Assembly: GCA_002633005.1 (NCBI GenBank)
Contig: NMRA01000219.1
Coordinates: 495,037-559,036 of the forward strand
Direction: 5' to 3'
From: Phoronis australis
Lineage: Eukaryota > Animalia > Phoronida
Length of the DNA: 64,000 nucleotides
Below the pieces are notes generated by a model. It did no database searches. It saw only the letters and a list, made by a program, of their open reading frames with translations, and was not told where the DNA came from. A program made the translations under genes and the position numbers. Shown piece after piece: positions 26,123 to 39,700 of the stretch (positions are counted from its first letter, which is position 1; the number at the start of each line of letters is the position of its first letter).

Positions 26123-27803
26123 GACTATTGCCGTCGACCAGTAATCATGCGTTTGAATAAAAGTATAATTTCATAGTAGTAATTTTGTAACGCCTTTGGA
26201 TAAATATAGATTATTGGACACTTCAAAAACATTTCCAGTATTAAAACGCGTTACAATTTCACAGGTGACTCAAATTGATTTAAAAGAACTCTGCAAGTTC
26301 AGCTACAACGATAACTGATGCACAAACTAAGTTGCATCTTGGTTTTAAACCTGACATCGTTGAACAATGTTTTCCGAGCTTTATTTCCTACTCTCTGTGT
26401 TTTCTTCCGTTCAAGTCATCGTGGTTCATCGTTGAGCGCTGAGAGACAGTTTTTGTAAGCGCATCAAGGATCTTAATCATTGACTGGTGATACGTTTTAT
26501 GAAAATTCAAGTCTGCCCGAAGTTCAAGGATATCTGTCAAATCTTTTAGCATTCACTTTTATCGTTGGTCTGGAAACTTTTCTCCGGGAGTTAAAAGGTT
26601 TCGCAAACTAGACGCTGGGATCCATGTCGACATCTAGTTATTGAGTGAATGATGATACTGTTTCATCGATTTGTTACATGGAGATGGCGTGTCGGGTGTT
26701 AATGTCTTCTTTCTGTTGCTCGGTGGTAAAAAAAATATATTTTTCATGACTACGCGCATGATTGTTACAGTAAAGATAAAATTGATTTTCAACACCATTA
26801 GACAAAAGAGAAGTTGGTGTAGTTTGCATTCTGTCATGTATGTACAAACTTAGTGCCAGGAACCTATTCAATAATTGTACGATAGGATTACTAGAGCTCG
26901 TCCAATGTAAACTTGTTCGGTTATAAAAATTTGCATTCATACCTCCATGAAAAACTACTCTTTTACAGACAATCCTGATGCGTGAAAATCTAGTGTGTAA
27001 CTGCTACACAAAGTTGATCTTAATCAGTGGAAAGACGCTAATCACATTCGCTCCGATGGTAACTGTCGTGATCGTGTGTGCCGTCCACGCGCTTACGCAA
27101 AGTATGTCGTTTGAACAAAATTCTATCGAGAGGAATTGGGTGACTCTCACATTTATAGTTGTAGCAAATTTATGAACAACAAACAAAAAGTCCACACAAA
27201 GTTTCCAACGTCAAATGTTATTCGGAATGAGCTCTGTACCCAACTGTTTCCTTTAACTATTGCAGTGTGTCACACTTCGACTACCCCCAGAAAAAAATAA
27301 ATTCATTAGAATCACTCAAGCACAGAGAAATAAAAGAAAAACATAAAAACACAAGACAAAAAAATAAAAGTGCAAGATACAGATAACATAAAAAGCCAAA
27401 GACTTATTTCCATACGGTCCGTGGTAAGGAACTACTAATACTCTATCATGTAGGATGCCTGCCGGCCCGAGCAGGCAATATACGCACATTCTCTTCAGCG
27501 TCATTAATAGATCATAAAAGCCACATGAATTTTAATGGGATTAAATATCAATCGATAATCCGACTTCAGCGGCGCGCAAACTGAGTGAGAGCGATGGCAA
27601 TTCAGTCAGCTGTACACTTTTTGGGACAGTGATCAAATTGATTTTTACTTAGAAATCAATTGGTAATACTTTCCGTCACCTTTCAACGTGAAGTTGTGTG
27701 TTTATTCCAGGTATAAAGGACGCTATCGTGAAGGGCTGTAACTACGGTCAATGAAACAATGGCGCTGGCGGATTAGTGTGGAAAGCCGACTGCGCTCGAT
27801 AGA

Positions 27804-30232
27804 ATGGGGGCTTCTTCGAGTTGCACTGTTACGTCGAAAGCCTCGCCCGGCATCACAAAGACAGAAAGCCAGGTAGATTTAATAAAACGAAAATATATAT
27901 TTTGATTAAGGGTTTTCCTCAGCTAATGTGAACATGAAAACTGACTCCATGGACTTCGTTATCTGGGCCCGCTGAGTTTCAATTTTTCCGCTCGAAATCT
28001 AATTTGAAATTGTTTTGGTATTTTCCGTTCTAAATCTTAACGAACTCAACACTGTTGTCTATTACACTGTGTTCGAGTACATTATGGTTTACGTGGATAA
28101 CTGTCTAATCCTAGATTGCACTTGATGACTCCAGAATTAAGACTGTAAGTTCCAGTCGGAACTCGAAATCTCGAGTTTTTACCCGAGTTCGTGGTTTGAT
28201 CGTGGACTTGAAATTCATATGCATAAACCATAACATACTGTTAGCAAAAAGTAGAACTAGAAATATTAAAAATAATTTCCTGTTCTGTTTCGTCTAGAAG
28301 TATTATATACCGGGCCCAGCACTCAGCACAGAAGAAGAGTAGTTGCCACTTTGTTGGCGGGACTGCCCGCCTTTTGACACACGGTTTTCATGAGAAATTC
28401 GCTACCCGACATCAGGTTTTTCAAGTGATGCCCCTCCCCCACGAGTCATTTAGTACTGAATAGCGGGCAATCGTACATAACAATACACCTGACAGTTCTC
28501 CACAGGAGTATGACTGCTTGCGCGTGGAGCTGGCGATCTTTCAGTGACTTGAAAGTTATAGTTTACGAGAATAGATCAGTATGGCAAGTGTATACATGTG
28601 TACAATGTCATTTATTTACAATTTCATGAAGTTTCATGACCCACTGACACGACAAAACCACTATAAAATATTTGTTAAAACCCAGCATATTTTCCAATAG
28701 GCCGACTGCCGGACCATGTTCGTTTCTTTGTTACCAAACTATATTACTTGTTAAAACTGTAGTGAAGGAGGACTGGAGTATTCTAGCCACCAAAGATTGT
28801 ATTTTCATTTATTATAAATAAGTGCTATTGATTTTCGCAAATCAGCTAAACTCTTGTCTCAGCTTGTTTTCATTTAATAGACACAGCGGAAAATTGTTGC
28901 ACTGCTGATTACGAGTTACAACATGTATCGGCAATTAACGTAGGTTCGACTCGTACTCATTGAATCCCTCGTCAAGACTAATGATTTAATGAGCACCTGA
29001 ATTATGCTGTCTCGTTTGTCAGTGGTGATAACAGAACATAAAACCGTATCATTAGCTCCCAATCGAAAGTGTGGAAATTCTTTCTAGTCACTGAAGTCAA
29101 ACATGTTCACGCACTTCACTTCGAAGGAGTGTAGGGTTTCTCGCGAATTCACGTCCGCTTTCGGAGTTGCGGTTTTTCAGTTTTGAACAGCTACTTATTA
29201 AACCCGGCGAGCTTCCTGTCACAAAAACGTTTTGATTTTAGCCACTTGACGTAATGAAGTTGGTCTCAAACTGTTCCTTAGGCAACATAGACGACGAAAA
29301 AAGATTGAATGAATAAGTTTATTTTCTGCACAGACGAAAATTGGCCAACCTAACCTTTCCGGCGGATTTTCTCGTCAACACCCATTCTAAAACTAATCTC
29401 AGTGTATCATGAAATAATTCATCGACGACAAAAAATGCTTTTTTCAAATCTAATAGGCTACGGTAGTATAACGGGTATTTCAAAACACGAATCACGGAAT
29501 TCATTGTGATTCACTAACGAGTTGTGAAATAAATATCTAATTCTTCATTTATTTCGGAAATAAACATTTGCCAAAATTGCATTTTTTCTATTTTCCAACT
29601 GTATCTTTTGCAACAACTGATGATAGTTCAACAGATGTTGTTTATGAATGCGCCTCAGGGCACGTTATGCAAACATCAGAATGAATTCTTTGTATATTCT
29701 CATTTTAGTAGAGTGCCCATACTGGTTTTGTTGCGTTTTCAATTCCCTTTTCATCTCTTAGGATTCCCTTTATGCTCAGCCTGAAGCAATGGACAACATC
29801 ATGGGAATAGACATCGACAGGAGTTCGCCACAATTCCAAGAAACATTAAAGTTGACAACGGAGCTCATTATTCAATACAGGGATGCGATATATCCGTTGC
29901 TCAAACTGCCTTTAGACATGTTCGCTGATTCGCGTTATCTCGAATTTCGAGAGATTTGTGGCGAGATTCACAATGACCTAGTTTTTGAAGAAAAGGATAC
30001 GCCCAATGAAAAATTTCAAGACGATTTGGATATGAAAGTAAAGGATTCTATTTCCTCCCTTGCCAAACACTACACAACGATGTCGTTGAATGTCAACCAG
30101 GCAGTCACTATGCACTTTGAGGATTATTATGATGACACGCTGAAAGTGATTATAACAGATATTGAACGGAAGCAATTTTGGCGTAAGGAGCACCGACAAC
30201 CGAAGATACAGACATTATTGTTACCACTTTGA
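27804..30232 (+). CDS. Uncharacterised 179-aa protein with a predicted N-myristoylation motif (MGASSSC)
   Basis: Exon 27804-27872 (MGASSSCTVTSKASPGITKTESQ; donor CAG|GTAGAT; in-frame upstream stop at 27774) splices in phase 0 to acceptor CTCTTAG|29762, in frame with the 147-aa ORF ending at 30232. No family recognised. Confidence 0.7.
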
Positions 30233-30812
30233 ATTGTCTGGACGAATCCTAGATCTTAATGCGTAACACGAACACGTCAGTAATAGTTTTAAAAGGATGT
30301 CACCGTGAGTCCGTGAAACAGGATCTAAAGAGTTGATATGTTACGAAAAGATAATTTACTGGAGTAATCTGCACACGGTGAAGGTCTTTTCTAGAAAGCA
30401 ATACACTAATTTACGTATTTTGCGGACGTATCTTTTAGAACTGGGGTCTGTTTCCGTGAAAGTAGCTAAAGGTTAAGTAGGCCCTTATTGACTTGTCTGT
30501 TTATTTAATCCAACGTACACAAAACTATAGATTTTAACTCAGTAAAAGTGAATACTTTCTGAAGGTAGAACGCCTGTAGAAATTGATTTTTGACTTTAAT
30601 TCAGTCACTTTTGAGATATGGTGTTCCGAAAAGTGCCAAATGTGTACAATTTTCGAGGGTCCAACATAACCTTAAGACAGATATTGGTCTGGGCTGCACG
30701 TCACCTATTGGCTACTTCACAAAAAGATTTAACGAAGTAACTATGAGCGCATCACAGTTTACAAAATAATTTGCCGAAGTTATCTCAGTAACTATCAGTT
30801 TTGTGCATATTT

Positions 30813-31869
30813 TCAGCCTTTAGACATTTGCACAAGCGAGTTTTAATCATTTTTGAGAAACAGTTGGGTGGAGTGTAAGGCCAAATCACTTTTCACGAAA
30901 CAGACTTCTGACCTGTTACAAAGATGGTGAAGCTTCCGGGATTTGGGAAGTTGTTAATTACGTTCCCCCCATCTTCCATTTGATTGGATGATGGGATTCC
31001 CGCCATTTCCCAGTCGGTTGACGCAAGACACTCGCAAAATAGCAGAATCACGCAAATCGTTACCAGATATCGCCATGCATTACTAGCGACGCACGTGATC
31101 TTACTAGCTTTGCCCTCAAGAGTTTTGCATCTACGGAACGCGCCCTAGAATGTGTTGCTAGGCTATTGGAGTACTGCATCGCGCTATCGTTGTAACTGTG
31201 CAAAATCAACTGTCGTTGGACGGTCTCCATACTGTTGACACCACAGAAATGCATCCACAAAGACGAGTATGCCTGGATGCTATTAGTCTCTTCGCGCTTT
31301 TTTATCTTACACGAAGCAGTGTCACAGTAACATCGATGAANTCAGCCTTTAGACATTTGCACAAGCGAGGTTTAATCATTTTTGAGAAACAGTTGTGTGG
31401 AGTGTAAGGCCAAATCACTTTTCACGAAACAGACTTCTGACCTGTTACAAAGATGGTGAAACTTCTGGGATTTGGGAAGTTGTTAATTACATTCCTCCCA
31501 TCTTCCATTTGATTGGATGATGGGATTCCCGCCATTTCCCAGTCGGTTGACGCAAGACACTCGCAAAATAGCAGAATCACGCAAATCGTTACCAGATATC
31601 GCCATGCATTACTAGCGACGCACGTGATCTTACTAGCTTTGCCCTCAAGAGTTTTGCATCTACGGAACGCGCCCTAGAATGTGTTGCTAGGCTATTGGAG
31701 TACTGCATCGCGCTATCGTTGTAACTGTGCAAAATCAACTGTCGTTGGACGGTCTCCATACTGTTGACACCACAGAAATGCATCCACAAAGACGAGTATG
31801 CCTGGATGCTATTAGTCTCTTCGCGCTTTTTTATCTTACACGAAGCAGTGTCACAGTAACATCGATGAA
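30813..31869. repeat. Direct duplication of ~528 bp joined by N (probable assembly overlap)
   Basis: 30813-31340 versus 31342-31869, with a few SNPs; N at 31341. Confidence 0.85.
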
Positions 31870-32864
31870 GTTTTCTAACATTCTGCGATTCATACCTTAC
31901 TTCTTCATCACATTCATTTATTCACGATATTCATTGCCCACATAACTACATAACTGTAGCGGATTAGGGTAAATAGTTCAGTGCAGTCCTGTAAAACATT
32001 GAAATATGCGTGAATACAACCGTTTGTATGCTGTTAACTCTTTCCTCAGAGCGCAATTTACGAACGTCTCTATATAAATGGTGTCGGGTTGAAAAGTGTT
32101 AATTCGTCATTAGGTCAGAGTGTTATGACGTCATCGATGACACAAGACGCAGGGGAGATTAAGTGGGTGTTTTCTATTGTCCATGTTCAAACTAAACAAA
32201 CGAAAAACAAGCACGCATTATTGTGTCACTAGGTAAGACATAAACACATAGACTGAGATTAAAAGCATACCGGCTGCCGGGAATCTTTCGCGTGATTATC
32301 TGTTCAGTTATTGCTATAGCTTTGATAGTATTGTGTTGGGCTAAGATACGGTAAAAGTTTGACCAATAGAGTATTGATGGGCTTCCGGTTAGACTGGACA
32401 GCGTTCGGTAAACCGCACGACATAAGCTTACACCTGCGTTGAAAAACGTTAGGCAATGGAGCGAAAACAATAAAATCAATCCCACGCTCTAGCCTGACGC
32501 CATTTTGCTAGGAAAGGCTATTTTAAACTACCTGGCATACTTGCGAAGCAATCTACTCTAATTCGCGAGATTTTGCGGGATTTTCCCTTTCTTGCGATAA
32601 ATTAGGTCGACAGAAACCTCCTCCTGACGAAAGTTGAAAGGTATCGTTTGTTAATGAAATTTCTACCATTAATAAAGCGTTTCGTAGACACATCTTTGAG
32701 AGAGATAAAACGCGAATAACAATCTCTTCTGAAATGGTCATAAAATATAGAGTATTTTGTCAGAATTTTGTGATGCACTAACTTTTCTAGTCTGCGTTTC
32801 AACGCTCGACGGTAAGAGTGAGTGGGCCCAAAGGCACAAACGTCCGACTTGAAAATGCTTGAAC

Positions 32865-35800
32865 ATGGGCTGTGTACGCAGTAAACAACCTGAAGCGAAA
32901 TACCAACCAGACAAGACAGATGTGAGACCATGTACAGCACACCATATTTCAGTATCAAGCGAATTCTGTCCTGTAAGTGCGATTTCTTCATTAGATACGT
33001 GCAGTTATGAAGTAACTGACACTTTTTTTACTTGTGCCTTCCTCGCTGCAGCGAATCTCGACAGCACCGGGTCCCGTCTCGTATCCACATCGCATCTCTA
33101 ATTTCATAACTTGTTCAGAGAATTGTTCACGGCGGCGGGTTAAAAATTCTCGAGATCTCTGAGGGAACCTGAACTTTGTCGAGGCGGGGTAGGTGAAAAA
33201 ATGGACACGATTGGGAAGAGACAGCTTAAATTACCAGGGCCCCAAGACTCCTTACAGCCTAGAGCTCCGTGATATCTTAATCCAGCGCTTGCCCTTGGAT
33301 TATTCGCATTTAGGGCCATGTCGATAAAGTGGATCACTTTCATATATTTTCTTCGAAGACAAATTGGGGACACGGTGTAGCCAGAAATCCTATAACTTTT
33401 AGAAGAAAACCACATACAGCAGTGTCTTGTTGTGATGGCGGCTATCTAGTTTAATTAGGAAAATTTCCGTAGGGTAGATGATGGGGACAGTATTCCCACA
33501 CAATAGAGGCACATATCTTAAAGACACTTGTTCCCTTATTTTGACAGAAAGATATCACTAAAATAGGAATATCCTGGATGTATTTGTGTTTTAAATAAAC
33601 TGTCAGTTAAAATTGGCAAATTATATAATGTGAAAATTCAGAGGTGGCCATTTTGTTGACCACTAGAAAAATTAGTTTGAAAATTCTGAATTCAATTCTG
33701 GTCATTGCGAAAATATTTGATGACATGTTGGAAAAACATCATTTGAGAACAAGTTTAACTGAAAAGAAGTGGAAAAAGTATGGTTGTCTAATATTCATTC
33801 GGCTGTTGTCCCCAAATACTGGGTTTCATTAGCTGGCAATGGAACTTGGAATTCTATCAAGACTTTAGGGAACTCTTTTTGTCTTTAGTCTTGATCTGAA
33901 TTTAGACAATTGGCAAATTGTTAGGTCCATCATTCAAGAGTTGTAAGGTAACGCATGGAAACATTACCAGTCGCATAGATTTCACGAAATGAAACCAGAC
34001 CCCAGTTGTTTTAATTAAAGTTTAAACTTAATGGACATTCCTACGGTTAGAGCATTGTGGGATATAGATGTTCCTCGCCACCTGTTGGCTGGAAATCACA
34101 GTGGGTGAAGATTCCTTCGTTTCTCTGATTGGTGCCATTAAGAAACGCTTTATCTTCCCTGGTTTCATTTTGCTGGTAACAGCGATGTCTCACAATCCAT
34201 TTCAGATTTCCCACACACCTCTACCGTGAAAATGTCAATGTCATACTCGTCCTTGCCTTTACCTGTTTTATGGTTTTATGCAATTAATAACTTTAGGTGC
34301 GTTACGATACTTTTTATGAAACTTTAATCCATTACTGTTCATTCGAAAAATTTCATACTCTCATTTTGCATTCACGACTTGCATGAATGTATTGCTTCCA
34401 AGGAATGTTCATTTATTGCTCACCATAAGATCGCCAGCATCTCCTGCCATGTATTTGTACATTTAGTTCCAAGGTGACAAAAAACTCGACATATACCTGC
34501 ACGTACTGAGTTCGTCCTGCAGAGCCGTTATGATGACCTGTGCTGCGATTGAGTTGAAATACCAGGCCAAGATTATTGACTTGTTTAAAGGAGACCACCT
34601 GACGCCAGAATTTGTCAAGGTATTCCCAGCAATATGAAATTAATAACGAACGCTACCGGAAATGAAATCTCAACCATTCAGCTTTTTCCGAGAGCACTAT
34701 TTTCTCGAAGTAACCCTAAGTTCAATGTCGTAAGCGCTCTGCGCGCTACATTTACGGACATTTAGTTTTACTGCATCCTGATCTAATGGAAAGAACAAGG
34801 CAAAGTTGTTAACCGATTTACAATTTCATTTAAGTGGCGAGCAACCGAAAGTGAAGATGGTTATGTGTATGGGGTTTAAAGTTAGTGGTGAATTGNNNNN
34901 NNNNNNNNNNNNNNNNNCGGACAAACACGGCACCGAAGGAGTTTTTTCGCAATAAATAGGAGGACGTGACCCGTTAACACTCGCTGCCTCCTCCTTGTGG
35001 CTAGACCAGTGGTTATGCAGAAACATTCTGTAAACATCAATATCAAATTAAAGCAACAATTTCAGATTAACCAAATAAACCAGAAATGATTGACAATTAA
35101 GACTAAGAATGTAATTAAAGCAACTTTAAGTATCAATGTTCACGTGATCGTTAAGTAAGAGATTAGAACATTGTTTCGAAACGTCGCCATGACTGATAAT
35201 GAAAATATAAGTGCAAAGTTTGGTAATTCACAGTGAATTGTTTGTATGAGCTAGACAAAATAAAACGTCACATATATGGGAAATTGTATGGGGCCTGGTC
35301 GTTTTCAACTGTGTAGATTCGTGCTTATTCATTACAAATATTGATCGACTTAATGGGATAGATTCGCTGTATTGCCAAACTCATTTCACTCACGCATTGC
35401 TCGCAATAACAAGAATTGATTTAGACGTTATTGCTGTGAGAATTCATAAAACATTATGTTGCATAGAAAAGGTGCATTGTCTCTTGATGTGTATGTCAAT
35501 GCTCATTGCATGCACACCCGCACTACTAAAAGTTGCACTGACACGTCACACCTGGACAAAAGTCTTCATCGTGCGCCTGCAACTCATAATCACTTGATTC
35601 TATGCTTACATAATAACAATGATATTAATAATAAACGGTTTCAGCAATTCCTAGGGGTGGAATGATGTACAATTTTAGGAATTCGATTCGATTCTCCTTA
35701 GAGGAAATTCCATTGTTGTCGATTCGATTCTTCAATTGCCTGTCAAATTAATTCATTATTTCTCAAATCTAAGTAGATAACTTACCACTGCTACCAATTT

Positions 35801-37800
35801 TGCTGATAAAATTCTCCCAAACGAAAGATCCTGGGCTGTTCAATTATTCAATATTTAAATTACGCCCTTTAATAGATGCAACAGTCGCACACTTAACGGC
35901 AAAAATATTGGAACTAAGGATCAAATCGAAATGGACCTTTGAGTCGGCCGGCGTATCGGTATCGAAACTGGTCACTCCCGCAATGCGAATCGATTATGCT
36001 CGATTAACCGTCACACCCTTAGTTCGGCGTTGTTAAGGAAAGTTAGATATTGCTGACCAATGGCTTCTGTGTAGATGTGTAGTTTGTAGATAATTTGGTT
36101 CAGTTCGTCATGTTTAGATGAACCCGTGTCATACAATTCCTCTGGTGGACGATAATGGCTTTATTTTGTGGCAAAGGTAAGAAATTACATTGAAAGTCTC
36201 TCTCTTGCGGCAAATGAGGATCACCTTCGTTCCAGTACATTCAACTTATCCAAAGTCGTTATAAACAATGTTCTAACGTCTAAAGACAACTTTTTCACAA
36301 ACAGTTTACCTTAAATGCGTGGAATATCCGACTTTCGAAATAACCGCGCCGTTTTGAAATTCACTTTCTCGTCAGACGGCTCATCAGGGTAGAGTTCAAT
36401 AAAGCTAGAACCTCGATAGAAATGCACAATTACGCGCGAGATTACGCGAGATACTGCTAATGAGCTCTACCCCGGTGGGCTGGCGTTCAGCGATACCTAC
36501 AAATCCCATGAGAAGTTTCAACTCATTGGTATAAACGGCGTTTCAACATCTTTCCTGCTATCATGATGACCGAAGTACGGTAGAGGGATCACATTAATCA
36601 TGGACATTTTAGTATGCATATTTGTTTCTTTGCCTTGGACAATGTCTACATGCACTCAGTCGCCCGTTGACAGAACTCACTGACATGAGAAATTACGAAA
36701 GGCTGGCCTTGAAGCTGGATAGAGTCAATATATCTCGTGTATTCAACGAATCTCGTGAAAAATACCTAGAACTGAGAAGGCGAGGGTTTATTGCACTTTT
36801 TACTGAAAATAAGTCATTAAACCCCGCTTTGTTCGAAAAAGAGATAAATGGCACGATATGGGGTATTGTTGGAAAAAGACGCCCTTTGAGCCCTGAATCC
36901 GCTGAAGTTGTTTCTCTTTTCGCGTAGCCGAGCAATCATGGTGTACATCATGCGAAAGTACGCGCCAGAGAGCGCCATCTATCCGATGGATCTTGAGCAG
37001 AGATCTTCGGTGGACATGTGGTTGTATTATGATGTAGGAACTCTCTACAAAACAATCAGTGATTTTGTGGTGAGCATTATCATTTTTGGCCGAGTGTCGG
37101 CTAGTTTCACCACAATTGTACAAAAGTGAGTACTTGAAGTAACTTGTATTGTTGGAATCTGTTTGCTTGTGACAAGGTCTCTTCGATACATTTATATTGT
37201 CAAACTTCATTTACCGTCAAATTTCCAAATTCTAAACGTTTTGCCCTGTGTACGAGTCCTGGATAAGTTTGCAGACAATTGTGACCCTCTTGTGTCATTA
37301 GATGTAATTTCAAACGTCTTGTGTTGATTTTGCTTTCACAGTATCCCCAGTGGTTGCGAGGCTTGGCACCTGAAAACTACCAAGCTAAATTGGTGGAAGG
37401 ATGTCTCTCACTCATGGACACGTGTCTCCAGAATAAAACGTACCTCGTCGGCGAAACTCTTACTCTTGCCGACATCAGTACGTCCAGTTCGATATCATTT
37501 CTCCTCGTCCTGGAGGACTTTGATCTCCGAAAGTGGCGACATCTTTCGGTGTGGTGGGAAAGAATCAAGGCCCTGCCGTACTTCGATCGGGTCTACCGCA
37601 AGTTTTTCGCGTTTAGAAAAGCCAGACCACCACTACCTAAAGCCAAAAAAATATCACGAACGTCAATTGAAAAGGAGGTAATTTCCTCCAAAGTATCCAT
37701 CGTCGGATCTGTAGCTGAAGAACTAATTAAAACGGACACCAAGAACGCTCCCAGCTCGTCTGTGGGGATGTCCGAAAGCGTAGGATCAGACCCGGTGTAG
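32865..37800 (+). CDS. Glutathione S-transferase with MGCxxSK N-terminal leader and C-terminal extension, ~306 aa (GST-C)
   Basis: Exons 32865-32972 (MGCVRSKQ…FCP|GTAAGT), 34467-34619 (LDIYLHVLSSSCRAVMMTC…DHLTPEFVK), 36118-36176, 36928-37069 and 37342-37800, all phase-compatible. The GST core is certain; attachment of the first exon is inferred from phase and from the absence of an ATG ahead of the GST N-domain in the 34467 exon. Confidence 0.88.
34896..34917. other. Assembly gap (N run) in a GST-C intron
   Basis: Run of 22 N. Confidence 0.99.
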
Positions 37801-38749
37801 CGACGTCTGTAACCTAAATTCATAAATTGAAAACAGCAAAGGAAAGATATAAAATGCTTGTCGATCAAACATGTGAGGTTATTTTGAAGCAAAATTGTGT
37901 ATGAATTATTTACGGCTGCGCGTAGTGACGTCTAAAACCTGTATTCAAAGGGGGAAAACGGTTATAAGTTAAGATGTAAAATGCTTGTCGTCCGTACTAT
38001 ATAAGGTTATTTTGAATAGAAAAGCAGTATCTGAATTATTCACGACTACACAAATATTTCAACAAAATATTTTATTGGTGCCGGTGACTTTTTATACTAA
38101 GGCCATGTGTTATTGAAGATGGCAATATTTTTCATCATTGTGTTACGAAGCCGAACAATGTTTTCCATTTCATAACTAAATGTTAATTCAAAGTACCCAA
38201 GTCTTCCAAGAACATGTTGATCCTTTGTAAAAAAAAAATACCGAACAACTTCGCGCCAAGTACAAATCATCTTGCATGCTCCTGCGGTATTTTCTTCGTA
38301 ATAGGTTGACATTATCAGCGTCATTAGTAATTCCTTCCTATTTTTAGTTAAATGTGACATAGTAAAAACCCTTTTACAAGTATTTTCCACAAGAGAGGAC
38401 ACGCGTCACTTGGCGAACAAAAGATTTGCAAAAAACGTCTTTATTGTGTTGGTAGTTGATAGGCGTTAGCGTTTGTTAAAAAAGTTCCCCGGACAACTCT
38501 CGACAGTTTGTTTAACACGTACTTGTAGTTTCCTAGGCAAATATCGTGATTTACCAGACAATTACGTTTACTTTAGTGATTATGCCTGAAACAACGCGAG
38601 GCGTCTCTATTTGCCGTGTCTAACGGTACTCGGTGTCATATTTAGTGTCTACAAAAAGAACATTTATATTTGGCGTTAGGTTCAAAGCAATCATATAGAG
38701 TGACAATGATCATGGCTGCAATCCGTAGACCCAAAAAATCGTTATAACC

Positions 38750-38850
38750 CAAGATCACACATAACTTCGCGAGATATCGTCATGCATTACATAGGAAGCA
38801 CGTGATCGCACTAGCTAGATTCTCGCGTCTAAGGAATACATCCCAGGATG
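38750..38850 (+). repeat. Copy of a dispersed repeat family (core CGAGATATCG…CATGCATTAC…GCACGTGATC…ACTAG)
   Basis: Related diverged copies at ~31030-31170, ~31560-31700 and ~51575-51705, and in reverse orientation at ~11500-11600 and ~14140-14250. Confidence 0.55.
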
Positions 38851-39700
38851 ATCCTAAAGTTATTGCTATCGAAAAACGACCGTATGTCTGAAAGAAAATG
38901 CCAACAAATGCTGGTTGATAATTTGACCGTGTTCCCATCCAGGAAATAGCTTAGTCTAGCTATTTAAGCCAACAATTGAACAAATTTAAAAACACAGTAT
39001 AATTCGTTCTTCCGACTAGTGTACTCGTTCAGTGTCAGTTCAAGGGTCTGCCAGTGAATCGTAAGTGGATTGCTAAGTGTGCACACAGGGCGACGAGCTT
39101 TTCTGTCCAACCTGTATTTGCACTGTGCTTCACTCTGTTACTAGGGTGAACGTCTCTGAGTAAATATTATTCCCAGTAACCGCAAACGCTTTGACAGAAA
39201 TTTGGTCTTATTTTCCTTCGTGTTGCAATTAATGCTTGCTTTTTATAAAAGTACATATTTTATAGTTGTTAATTATGTCAAAACCCTTGAAACAGTGGCT
39301 GTAAAACATACATATTAACCCAGTTTTGACTAATGCAAAATCTACGTGGAACAGAATAACAGTATAGGATTTCTGCCTTGTCTAAAGTCCACACGTAAGG
39401 CACTGCATTTACTTTTTGTTCATAGATGTGTCACAGTAAGATACATACGTCGTTATAATGGTTTGTCACCTATTATGACCCGGTGAACCCCTGATTTCTG
39501 CAAGTCACGTTGTTTGTTTTGTAAACTTTACACATCAAACATTCAGGCAATTGCTCTCCTTAGAAACGAAGTACAAAAGCAAATAATACAAACCCCTTGT
39601 CTCGAGACTACCCGAGTAGTTTGCTGCTGGGGGATTGATCAGTCAGTCGTGATCGACGTTTAATACTTGCTCGGGGTTTTGAACTGACTTCAAATCAAAA

